Assembly (NCBI GenBank): GCA_049300255.1
Contig: JBAQJJ010000040.1
Location: 74,978-138,977, forward strand
Direction: 5' to 3'
DNA length: 64,000 nt
DNA from: Thermoplasmata archaeon
GTDB taxonomy: Archaea > Thermoplasmatota > Thermoplasmata > Lutacidiplasmatales > UBA184
Shown: piece after piece, positions 45,435 to 54,018 of the stretch
How positions within the stretch are numbered: the stretch's first letter is position 1
Layout: each line of letters opens with the position of its first letter
The notes under the pieces: model-generated
What the model saw: the letters and a program-made list of their open reading frames with translations, nothing else
What the model was told of the DNA's origin: nothing
The model's database searches: none
Program-made: the position numbers and the translations under genes

Positions 45435-46771
45435 CGCGCCGCCTCCACCTTCTCGTCAGCGACCTGGAGGGCTCGGTCGAGGACCTCCAGTCCGCGGTCG
45501 AGTTCCTCGCGCGTGATGATCAGCGGAGGAGCGAGAATCAGGTGCTGGACCCACGCAAACGCGTAAACGCCCTCCTTCATCATCGCGCGAGTGACCTCCT
45601 CGGTCACGAGCAGTCGGCCGGCGATTTTGTCGGCATCCGTGTTGAACGACGCTTTGGTCGCCCGGTCGCGGACCAGTTCGACAGCGGCGAACAGTCCCAA
45701 CCCTCGGACGTCCCCAACCGACGGGTGACGGGAGGCGATGTCTTGCAAACGACCGAGCATGTACTCCCCTTCGCGGCGCGATCGTTCGATGAGTCCCAAC
45801 CGGCGGTACTCCTCGATCGCGGCCACGCCCGGAGCGAGCGTGAGCGGGTGGGCTTCGTACGTGTGACCATGCGGAAAATATCGATCCCGGAACGCATCAT
45901 GGATCTCCGAAGTGGTCGCCGTGATTCCGAGGGGAGCGTACGCGCCGGTCACTCCCTTCGCCGTCGTCAATATGTCCGGAACGACCTGGTAGTGATCGAC
46001 CCCGAACCAGGCGCCCGTCCGACCCCAGCCGCTCATCACCTCATCGGCGATCAAGAGAACGTGGTGCTTCTGCGTGATTGCCCGGATCCGCGGAAGGTAC
46101 TCGGGGACGGGAACGAGCACGCCATTCGTACCGACAATCGGCTCGACGATCATCGCGGCGACGTCGCCCTCCGTCTCAATCTGCTCGTCCACGTACTCGG
46201 CACACTCGACGTGGCAGGAGGGATACGTCAGCCCGAACGGGCACCGATAGCAATAGCAGTCCGGCGCGAAGACGGTGCCCGAAACTCGCTGATGGGGCTC
46301 GATCTCCTTCCGTCGGAAATCACCCGTGACGGAGATCGACGCTGCGGTGGCTCCGTGATACGAATGGGGGCGGGCAAGGACCTTCGACCGGCCGGTCACG
46401 AGCCGAGCGATCTTGAGCGCCGCCTCGTTGGCCTCGGTGCCGGACGTGCTGAAGAAATAGCGGCGTAACCCGGCCGGCATGACCTGGTCGAGGGCGGCAC
46501 TGAGTTGCGCGCGGACTTCCGTCGCGAATCCGGGCGCGACGAATGGGAGCGACTGTGCTTGGGCCACAATCGCGTTCTGGACGGCCTTATTGCCGTGTCC
46601 CAGGTTCGAGGCCATCAACTGGGAAGCAAAGTCGAGATAGCCGCGGCCCTGGCTATCCCAGAAGGTCGATCCTTCGGCCCGCGTGATCAGGAGGGGTTCC
46701 CATCCTCCCTGGCGACGCCAGGTCACATAGGTGGACTCGACTACCTTCCGTCGCGCGGCCTCAAGGTCCAC
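45431..46771 (-). CDS. Class-III PLP aminotransferase (ω-amino acid:pyruvate / GABA-type transaminase).
   Basis: 'LLIADEVMSGWGRTGAWFGVDHYQVVPDILTTAKG'. 'FSTSGTEANEAALKIAR'. 446 aa. Confidence 0.7.
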   Translation of the reverse strand: MDLEAARRKVVESTYVTWRRQGGWEPLLITRAEGSTFWDSQGRGYLDFASQLMASNLGHGNKAVQNAIVAQAQSLPFVAPGFATEVRAQLSAALDQVMPAGLRRYFFSTSGTEANEAALKIARLVTGRSKVLARPHSYHGATAASISVTGDFRRKEIEPHQRVSGTVFAPDCYCYRCPFGLTYPSCHVECAEYVDEQIETEGDVAAMIVEPIVGTNGVLVPVPEYLPRIRAITQKHHVLLIADEVMSGWGRTGAWFGVDHYQVVPDILTTAKGVTGAYAPLGITATTSEIHDAFRDRYFPHGHTYEAHPLTLAPGVAAIEEYRRLGLIERSRREGEYMLGRLQDIASRHPSVGDVRGLGLFAAVELVRDRATKASFNTDADKIAGRLLVTEEVTRAMMKEGVYAFAWVQHLILAPPLIITREELDRGLEVLDRALQVADEKVEAAR

Positions 46772-46783
46772 GACGCGTCGACC

Positions 46784-47464
46784 TCAGAGCTTCTGCACGA
46801 GGGATCGAACCCGCGCACCGCCATTCTTCGGATGGGGAGGACAATGGTAGCCGAGCAGCGAATCGACGCTCAGTTGAGCCATGCGCCGAGCCGAGATCAT
46901 CGCGGTAGGTACATCCTGGGTGAACTCCTTGGGCGTGAGACTGACCTCGTCGGCTCCCTCCGGAAAAAAGAGGTCCCCGGAGAAGAGGATCTTGCGCTCG
47001 GGGTGATAGTAGGCGGCGTGGCCCGGCGTATGGCCAGGAGTGTGATAGATGCGAAGGCCCCCGGCGACGTCGATGGAATCGCCGTCTTTGAGGGGTTCAT
47101 CGATCGTCACCGCCTCCTTGGGAGGGGATCCGGGTCCGACGTAAGGAGGGTGCTGGGCAATGTAAGCGGCTTCTATCCAGTGCGAGAAGGTCTTGGCTTG
47201 GGTCAACTCGATCATGTGCTTCAGATTCCCGGTATGATCCAGGTGGAGATGCGTGATCAGGATCTTCTTGATCGACGTCGGGGCGATCTTCTCTTTCTGG
47301 AGGTAGGCCTCTATCACGGGGCTTTGTCCGGGCATCCCGGTGTCTAGGAGCGCCCAATTCGATCCCTTGTCCTTGATCAACATCACATTAGTCAGAAAAT
47401 CCGGATAGGGGCTGGCTCCGTCAATGACGTGGATTCCGGGTAGTATTTCGGTCACAGGGCACAC
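46784..47464 (-). CDS. MBL-fold metallo-hydrolase.
   Basis: 'ILITHLHLDHTGN' (HxHxDH motif). 'YHTPGHTPGHAAY'. 226 aa. Confidence 0.65.
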   Translation of the reverse strand: MCPVTEILPGIHVIDGASPYPDFLTNVMLIKDKGSNWALLDTGMPGQSPVIEAYLQKEKIAPTSIKKILITHLHLDHTGNLKHMIELTQAKTFSHWIEAAYIAQHPPYVGPGSPPKEAVTIDEPLKDGDSIDVAGGLRIYHTPGHTPGHAAYYHPERKILFSGDLFFPEGADEVSLTPKEFTQDVPTAMISARRMAQLSVDSLLGYHCPPHPKNGGARVRSLVQKL

Positions 47465-47574
47465 CGTCCTACCGACACTCCTCGGGGTTTAATTCGGTTC
47501 GGTATTCTCGCGGAGAAGACACACTTCTCGAAGCGGGTCAAATCCCTCCGGAGGCTACCCGATGGGGGAGGCGT

Positions 47575-48351
47575 TCAGGACTCCGGCCGCGAAGGACGAC
47601 CCCCCGTTCGCGTCGAGGGTCCGCCCGATTCAAAGGCCAGGAACTCGTTTCCATCCGGATCCTGGAATCGGATCTGCCGCCCGCCCCAGGGTTCCGCCTG
47701 CGCGGACTGCGTCACTTGGGCTCCGGCATTTCGCAATCGAAGCTCTAGCGCCGCCACACTATCGGTCTGGAAGGCGATCCCGGTACGAATACCGATTCGG
47801 GCTCGAGTTTCGGAATAGTGCGGCTCGCCCCACTCGGGACGTGGGGTGATGAGTGATAGGGCGACGGTTCCCGTTCCCAGAGCGAGCTCCACGTAGCCGC
47901 TGTCGGGATCTTGCACCCGCACTACGAAGCCTAACACATCGCGATACCATCGAACGGACTGGGTCTGGTCGCTGACCACGACGGCGACGCGCTGGACCAG
48001 GGTCAATCGACCCGACCCCCGAGCGGGAGGAGGGTCTAGATTGACGCCGCTCCCGAAGGTGGTGGGGTCCCACTCTACGACTTCGTACTGGATATTCGGA
48101 ACATTCCGGATTGGGTCGGTGCGGAGGACCCGGTTCGCTTCGGCCGAGTCCACCGCTCGGATGATGAGGAGGTCTCCCGGAGGCTGGTCGAGTGGACCAT
48201 GAGCCACCAATCGACCGACGCGTTCGAGATTCTCGAGTGTTTCCCGGATCGCTCGTCGGCTCGGGAGCTCGGTCGGATCAGCCGAGGGCCACCGGGCGAC
48301 GCGGATGAACAACCGCTTCGGTTTAGGCCCCGGCCTCCGGTTTTCGGACAT
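47575..48351 (-). CDS. Two-domain protein: N-terminal YciI-like domain fused to a C-terminal VOC (glyoxalase/bleomycin-resistance) domain.
   Basis: N-terminal 'LFIRVARW...AHGPLDQPPGDLLIIRAVDSAEANRVLRTDPI' is YciI-like. C-terminal 'VRWYRDVLGFVV...IRFQDPDGNEFLAF' is the VOC βαβββ signature. Confidence 0.45.
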   Translation of the reverse strand: MSENRRPGPKPKRLFIRVARWPSADPTELPSRRAIRETLENLERVGRLVAHGPLDQPPGDLLIIRAVDSAEANRVLRTDPIRNVPNIQYEVVEWDPTTFGSGVNLDPPPARGSGRLTLVQRVAVVVSDQTQSVRWYRDVLGFVVRVQDPDSGYVELALGTGTVALSLITPRPEWGEPHYSETRARIGIRTGIAFQTDSVAALELRLRNAGAQVTQSAQAEPWGGRQIRFQDPDGNEFLAFESGGPSTRTGGRPSRPES

Positions 48352-48433
48352 CGCGGAATCACGGATAGAATGCCGGAGCTGGTAGATAGCCCACTACCCG
48401 CAGATACCGGAACGTTTCGCGCGCTCCCACTGG

Positions 48434-48442
48434 TTTAAATAT
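48434..48442 (+). promoter_or_regulatory. TATA-box-like element (tttaaatat) for the surface glycoprotein gene.
   Basis: Read directly. It lies 3 bp upstream of the first ATG (48445) but about 24–32 bp upstream of the second in-frame ATG (48466). This is the expected archaeal TATA spacing if the transcript is leaderless from 48466. Confidence 0.35.
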
Positions 48443-48444
48443 CA

Positions 48445-50862
48445 ATGCCAACGCATCGATGGCTAATGCGTCTAAATGGATTGGCTCTGGCCACGGTTCT
48501 CTTCATTGTTCTGACGGCCTTTGTGGTGTTTCCCGGAACGGTCCGGGGTCTTCCCAGCGTCGCGCCGTCCCCCGCCCACCCCGCCGCCACCATCACCATC
48601 CAGACCCTGGACGCGGACGGCATCCCGCAGACTCATTTCTACAGCGAGACCGGATTCGAAGGCAGCGTCTACTTCCAAGTCGAAGACTCTTCTCCCGATA
48701 CTTCGGCCACCATCACGATCACCGATCAAAATGCGACTCGCGATACGGTCGCGTCGCCTGCGATCGCTTGGACAGTCACCCTCCCCGCGGGGGGGATGTA
48801 TGACAGCGTGAACTACGCCCAGTACTATCAGATCCCCGTCACGGTCCCATACGGGGGCGACTGGAACATCTCGGTCACCGCCGCGCTGGGAGGAACGTTC
48901 TCCACGGTGTTCTCCGTCCAGACGTACGCCGTCTCGATGTTCATCGCCCCCGAGCTGATTCTACCGGCCCATACCGCCACGGTTTCGTTCCTGGTGGAGT
49001 CCGCGTCGAATGCGGGCCCCTACACGAAGGTAACCTCAGTCGTCTTCGGCGGCACGTTCCTCAATACCTCGTTCGAAGAACAACCCCTTACTCCCGTCGT
49101 GAAGACGTTCCCCGCCGGAACGGCTTCGGGTACCTTCGAAATCACCATTCCGAAGAATGCCGAGCCCAACTCCTTCTCCGAGACGTGGATCTACGCCAAT
49201 GTCAGTATTCCCGGAAGCGTGAACACTACCTCGACCGAAACGTATGGGATCGGGGTTGCCGCGCTCGACACCCCCACCACACTGTTCCAATGCCTCGAGT
49301 GTTCCGGGAACGCCGCTCCGGCCAACGCCCAGGTCTTGGTCGGAATCGACGCAACGGAGTTCTACGACACGTATACGCAGCCAGCGATAGGCCTCCAGGC
49401 GGCCTTCCACTTCCAGAGCGGCACCACTCCGCTCACGTCCGTCCCCGGGAACCCGCCGACCACTCTCACGACGAACTCGCAGGGAATCGCCGAGGTTCTC
49501 TTCAACGCCTCCCCCTCGGTCTTCTTGACGAACGCAACCAACCACGTGATCATCAACGTCACAGACCCGCTCAATCCCGCCGTGTCGTTCAACTTCTCCA
49601 TCTCCTTTACCGTGATCGCGTCGAGCGTGGCAGGTGTCTACCTTAACGCGCAGCTTTCCCAATTGTTCTACTACGCCGGTGACGTCGTAACGGTCAACTG
49701 GGAGTTGGGTGGCGACACCAGCGGGGTCACCAACGGGTGGACGACCTTCCAGTATCTGGCGGTCATCTTCAGCCCGCAGAGCGACCTTCTGACGAATATC
49801 ACCGGATCAAGCGCTCTCACCAGTACCGGCTTGACGGGTTCCTTTACGGTGCAGTTGCCGGTGGGGCTCAGCGGCGAGCTCGAGATCCTGGTCTTCGCCC
49901 ACAACGCAACCCAGGCCATCGCCGTCGAGGTGGTGGCCACGGTGACTCCAGCCTTGATCATCCTGTATCCCAGCGTGAATGCCTACAACCCCGGGCAGAC
50001 GGTCACCTTCACGGTCGTTACCGATGGTTCCGTCTTTACCGGCGCTACCCTCACGTATGCTCTGTACTCAGCCTCCGGCTTCACGCTCGAATCGGGAATC
50101 CTGAGCGGTACGTCGTTCTCGTATACGGTCTCCTCGACGGCGCCGACCGACTTCTTGCTGGCGACGGTAATCGCCCAAAGCCCCACGCTCGGAGTCGTCG
50201 GGGTAGGCGAGACCGAAATCAACGAGAACATCGGCTATCAGATCACCGCCGGTATTCAGACCAAGTCGAACTACGCGGACAACAGCTACCAACCCGGGCA
50301 ATCGCTGACCCTGAGCTACAATGTGCAGGGGATCAACGGCGCAGCGCTTCCGTCCTTGATCGAAGTGGGGGCCGCCCCTTCCGGGCTCCTGATCGGTAGC
50401 CCGACGATGTACTTCGTCACGAGCCAGACCTCCGGTACCTTCCAGTACACCATACCCTCCAACACCCCTACGGGGACCATCTCGGTCGAGGTCGGTGCCT
50501 ACCTGCCCGACTGCCCCTACGCGTCGTGTTTCGTTACGACGAACCTGACGGTCTACGTCAATTCGAACCCGTCCGTCTTGAACATGGAACTGGGCGCGGG
50601 CTCCGGCTTGACGGTCGGTTGGCTGATCCTGCTGATTGTGGCCGTTCTGTTGTTTTTGATCGCGCTCTTTTTCGCGCGCCGTTGGAGCCGCCGTTCCGGG
50701 CCGCCGGGGCCCCCGATCGCCTACATCCCGCCGACGCCCGGCGAGGCCAGCTCCACGTCTACCGCACCCCCCGGGGCTACGGCAGGCGGAGGAGTCGGTC
50801 CCTCGTCCTACGGCGAGGCCACCGACAACTCTCCTCCTCCTCTTCCCCCACCGAGCTCGTAA
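48445..50862 (+). CDS. Large secreted cell-surface (S-layer-like) glycoprotein with a signal peptide, many N-glycosylation sequons, a C-terminal TM anchor and a short Pro-rich cytoplasmic tail.
   Basis: N-terminal 'MRLNGLALATVLFIVLTAFVVFPGTVRG' is signal-like. The approximately 730-aa Thr/Ser/Asn-rich body has more than 25 N-x-S/T sequons (NAT, NIS, NTS, NVS, NTT, NAS, NVT, NFS ...). C-terminal 'LTVGWLILLIVAVLLFLIALFFARRWSRR' is a TM helix followed by 'GPPGPP...PPPLPPPSS'. Confidence 0.5.
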   Translation: MPTHRWLMRLNGLALATVLFIVLTAFVVFPGTVRGLPSVAPSPAHPAATITIQTLDADGIPQTHFYSETGFEGSVYFQVEDSSPDTSATITITDQNATRDTVASPAIAWTVTLPAGGMYDSVNYAQYYQIPVTVPYGGDWNISVTAALGGTFSTVFSVQTYAVSMFIAPELILPAHTATVSFLVESASNAGPYTKVTSVVFGGTFLNTSFEEQPLTPVVKTFPAGTASGTFEITIPKNAEPNSFSETWIYANVSIPGSVNTTSTETYGIGVAALDTPTTLFQCLECSGNAAPANAQVLVGIDATEFYDTYTQPAIGLQAAFHFQSGTTPLTSVPGNPPTTLTTNSQGIAEVLFNASPSVFLTNATNHVIINVTDPLNPAVSFNFSISFTVIASSVAGVYLNAQLSQLFYYAGDVVTVNWELGGDTSGVTNGWTTFQYLAVIFSPQSDLLTNITGSSALTSTGLTGSFTVQLPVGLSGELEILVFAHNATQAIAVEVVATVTPALIILYPSVNAYNPGQTVTFTVVTDGSVFTGATLTYALYSASGFTLESGILSGTSFSYTVSSTAPTDFLLATVIAQSPTLGVVGVGETEINENIGYQITAGIQTKSNYADNSYQPGQSLTLSYNVQGINGAALPSLIEVGAAPSGLLIGSPTMYFVTSQTSGTFQYTIPSNTPTGTISVEVGAYLPDCPYASCFVTTNLTVYVNSNPSVLNMELGAGSGLTVGWLILLIVAVLLFLIALFFARRWSRRSGPPGPPIAYIPPTPGEASSTSTAPPGATAGGGVGPSSYGEATDNSPPPLPPPSS

Positions 50863-50930
50863 GCTGATCCAAGTTGGTCTCTCGACCAACCCCCCCGCTC
50901 GTCAACGGGGGTGGAGCGGGGTTCTAAGGG

Positions 50931-51911
50931 CTACTGAGCGCCCAGTGACTCGACGGTTTCCTGCACGTATTCGAACCGTAGACCGCCAAAGTCGAGGATC
51001 CCCAGAATCTCGTCGACGCCGATCGCTCGGTACGCTTCGAGCCCCTTGCGAACCTCGGGCGGGCTTCCGATCAACGCCAAGCCGCTCTGCTCGATGGTTT
51101 CCGCTGAGGCGTGGCGGGGGTCGTGTTGCACCTTCTGCTGGTAGAACGTGGACTGGGTCGTCAATCGCCCGTCCAGGTACTTCTGCAGGCTGGCGTGGGC
51201 TTCCGCAACGTGGGGTCCGGCGTAGAGGTGAACGGCGACCGCGACCTCAGCGCGGCCCCCGGCCGGTACGTGTCGGCGGAACTCGCGGATCTGCTCTGCA
51301 AGTTCGTCCAAGCCAGCGACCGTCGCATATGGGATGAGTGCGACCGACAATCCCTTCTGCGCAACGAACGGCAGCGCCTCCCGACGCTGCACGGCGATCC
51401 AGACCGGCGGATGCGGTTGCTGGATGGGCCGAATATTCAAACGGACGCCGGTCGAGGAGGCTCCCTCGCGAGCGATCTCCTCGCCTTTCAACGCGGAGAG
51501 AAAGAGCGCAAGCGATCGATCGAACCGTTCCCGCTTGGTCGATGGATCGATCCCGAACCCTTCGAATTCGACCGGAATGTAGCCGCTTCCTAATCCCAGA
51601 TTGACGCGGCCCTGCACCATCCGATCGAGAAGCGCATACTGCTCGGCTAATCGGATCGGGTCGTGGAAGGCAAGAACGCTCACCATCGAACCGAGGCGAA
51701 TCCGTTCGGTTCGCTGGCCGCACGCCGCCAGGAGTACTGGCGCCGAGGGGCACGTCCCCCCTGGATGAAAATGGTGTTCGGCAACCCAGAATCCATTCCA
51801 TGCGAACCGATCGGCGTGCGAGGCCAAACGTACGACCTCCTCGTGCCGATCTCGGGCCGGATCCGTGCCGGGGGGGAAGGCGTCAACGATTGTGAACGCG
51901 CTGAGCTTCAA
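50931..51911 (-). CDS. LLM-class (luciferase-like) flavin/F420-dependent oxidoreductase.
   Basis: 'FWVAEHHFHPGGTCPSAPVLLAA...RIRLGSMVSVLAFHDPIRLAEQYALLDRMVQGRVNLGLGSG' is the LLM TIM-barrel signature. Start set at the in-frame TTG 51911 ('MKLSAFTIV'). The ORF-track start 52181 would overlap tRNA-Ala on the other strand. Confidence 0.55.
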   Translation of the reverse strand: MKLSAFTIVDAFPPGTDPARDRHEEVVRLASHADRFAWNGFWVAEHHFHPGGTCPSAPVLLAACGQRTERIRLGSMVSVLAFHDPIRLAEQYALLDRMVQGRVNLGLGSGYIPVEFEGFGIDPSTKRERFDRSLALFLSALKGEEIAREGASSTGVRLNIRPIQQPHPPVWIAVQRREALPFVAQKGLSVALIPYATVAGLDELAEQIREFRRHVPAGGRAEVAVAVHLYAGPHVAEAHASLQKYLDGRLTTQSTFYQQKVQHDPRHASAETIEQSGLALIGSPPEVRKGLEAYRAIGVDEILGILDFGGLRFEYVQETVESLGAQ

Positions 51912-52060
51912 GGGGCGGGACCACACGGGGAGGGTAGATTTGCTTTGGCCCGCGTCGCCTCCCGCGGCATCCTCCCCGGTGCGGGCGTTCGGAATTTCGC
52001 GAATACAGCACTGGTCCGAGCGGCGCCCAGAAATAGGGGCCGGCACGTGGCGTCTGCTGT

Positions 52061-52132
52061 GGGCTGGTAGATCAGCGGAAGATCGCCGGTTTTGCAAACC
52101 GGAGGTCTCGGGTTCAAATCCCGACCAGTCCA
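52061..52132 (+). tRNA. tRNA-Ala (anticodon UGC).
   Basis: Hand-folded. Acceptor GGGCTGG/CCAGTCC with the G3:U70 wobble (the alanine identity element). D-arm GATC-AGCGGAA-GATC. Anticodon arm CCGGT-TTTGCAA-ACCGG. Variable loop AGGTC. T-arm TCGGG-TTCAAAT-CCCGA. Discriminator A. Confidence 0.8.
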
Positions 52133-52324
52133 TTTCGACTGGTAAGGCTTCCGGCACGGAGTCCAGAATTTCTTCGGCCACACGCCAGGACGAGTACCAC
52201 TGAGGGGGCGCTTATCACCCTCCACGCGTCGTCTCGATAGTTCCAAGTCGGGTATCGGGGGACCTTCGATCGTGAGAGACCTAAGGCCGCTGTCCGGATC
52301 GACGTCGCCAAGTTCCTGAGATGA

Positions 52325-53866
52325 GTGACACTGTCCGGAAGCACTGATTGGAACGCCCTGGGCAAACGATGGTGGGCTCACGTTCAATTTCTCGCCGCCG
52401 ACCGGCTCGAGGGCCGAGATACGGGGAGCCGTGGTCACGAAGCGGCCGTCGACTACATGGCCGACCAGTTTCGGGCCGCGGGTCTACAACCCGCGGGCGT
52501 CACTGACTATCGACAACCGATAGACTTCGATGTCACCCGGGTCGACGAGACTCGCTGTGCTCTCGACCTCATCCTCGATGGCAAGACAGTGCCAATCAAA
52601 ATCGGGGAGGAAGCCCTGCTCGGCGTCAGCTCCCGATCGACCGAGAGCCTCGAAGCCGGAGCCGTGTTTGTCGGGTATGGCCTCAAAGTCCCAGAACTGC
52701 ATCACGACGATTTGGCAGGGCAGAGCCTCAAGGGGAAGATCGCAGTTTTTGTGACCGGCGGTCCCGCCGAGATGCCCGGCACGATAAAATCGCACTACCA
52801 AGCGGACGAAAGAACACGAGCCCTCCGAGAGGCCGGTGTTCTTGGAATCGTAGTCCTACTGAACCCGAAAGGGGTTCCACTTCCTTGGTCGCGTCTTGCA
52901 TCGTCGCGCTTGGAGCCGAGCATGGAACTGCGTGACCCCGGGGACGACGTTCCTGTCCCCCTCCCATTCGGGGCGCTATTCAATAGCGACCACGCCGAGC
53001 TGCTCTTTGCCGGCAGTGACCATACGTATCAGGACGTTTTGACGGCCCTACGCGACGAGGCGCCTCTTCCCCATTTCCCGCTGGCGGTGAGCATCCGGGC
53101 GCGCGTCGGAACCACTCGATCGGCCGCGAGGTCGGACAACGTGATGGGCATTCTTCCTGGGAGCGACCCGGTCCTCAAGAGCGAGTATGTGATCGTAAGC
53201 GCGCACTTGGATCACGTCGGGGTCGGCGAACCGATTGAAGGCGACCGCATCTACAGCGGCGCTATGGACAACGCGTCCGGCGATGCGTCGTTGATTGAAG
53301 TCGCCCGCAGCATCCGGGACTCCGGCGCCCGGACCCGACGTTCGATCGTCTTCCTCTCGGTCACCCGGGAAGAGAAGGGCTTGCTGGGTTCCCAATATTT
53401 CACGACCCACCCGACGGTGTCGGGGCGGATCGTCGCGGATCTGAACATGGACATGTTCCTCCCGCTCTTTCCACTCAAGTACCTGGAAGTCCAGGGACTC
53501 GCCGAGTCCACCTTAGGCGATGACATTCGCGCCACCGCCGAGCTCGCGGGGGTGCAAGTGCAAGCCGACAAGGAACCGGAACTGAACCGCTTCATTCGCA
53601 GTGATCAGTACAGCTTCATTCGGAGAGGGACGCCCGCGCTCGCGTTCAAGTTCGGTTACATGCCCGGCACTCCGGAAGAAGAGATCTTCAAGGGCTGGTA
53701 CGCCAAGCGGTACCATGCCCCCTCGGATGATCTCGAGCAGCCGGTCAACTTAGCGGGGGCCGCACAATTCAATGCGATCCTTGAGAATCTGATACTTCGG
53801 ATTGCCGACGCGGACGAGCGCCCTCAGTGGAAGCCCGACAGCTTCTTCCGCCGTTTCGCCCGATAA
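52325..53866 (+). CDS. M28-family aminopeptidase with a PA (protease-associated) domain.
   Basis: 'LAADRLEGRDTGSRGHEAAVDYMADQFRAAG' is the M28 N-terminal block. 'VSAHLDHVGVG...YSGAMDNASGDASLIEVAR' are the zinc-ligand His/Asp blocks. 'EEKGLLGSQYF' is the catalytic EE. Confidence 0.65.
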   Translation: MTLSGSTDWNALGKRWWAHVQFLAADRLEGRDTGSRGHEAAVDYMADQFRAAGLQPAGVTDYRQPIDFDVTRVDETRCALDLILDGKTVPIKIGEEALLGVSSRSTESLEAGAVFVGYGLKVPELHHDDLAGQSLKGKIAVFVTGGPAEMPGTIKSHYQADERTRALREAGVLGIVVLLNPKGVPLPWSRLASSRLEPSMELRDPGDDVPVPLPFGALFNSDHAELLFAGSDHTYQDVLTALRDEAPLPHFPLAVSIRARVGTTRSAARSDNVMGILPGSDPVLKSEYVIVSAHLDHVGVGEPIEGDRIYSGAMDNASGDASLIEVARSIRDSGARTRRSIVFLSVTREEKGLLGSQYFTTHPTVSGRIVADLNMDMFLPLFPLKYLEVQGLAESTLGDDIRATAELAGVQVQADKEPELNRFIRSDQYSFIRRGTPALAFKFGYMPGTPEEEIFKGWYAKRYHAPSDDLEQPVNLAGAAQFNAILENLILRIADADERPQWKPDSFFRRFAR

Positions 53867-54018
53867 CGGCAGATTGCCGGCGGGCGTCAGGCCGCCTCCG
53901 GTGGATCTTCCCAACCGAAAAACGGTGCGGGGGCTCTGAATCGGACCCTCGAGGGGCGAGACTCCATCCAGTCCGACTTCTAGCAAACCCGCGCGGGCGA
54001 GTCCGGTGGGTCTGGGGA

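Noticed and set aside
50931-52181. Full-length 416-aa version of the LLM oxidoreductase ORF.
   Set aside because: Its first approximately 90 codons cross a well-formed tRNA-Ala on the opposite strand and have no LLM similarity. The gene was truncated to the TTG at 51911.
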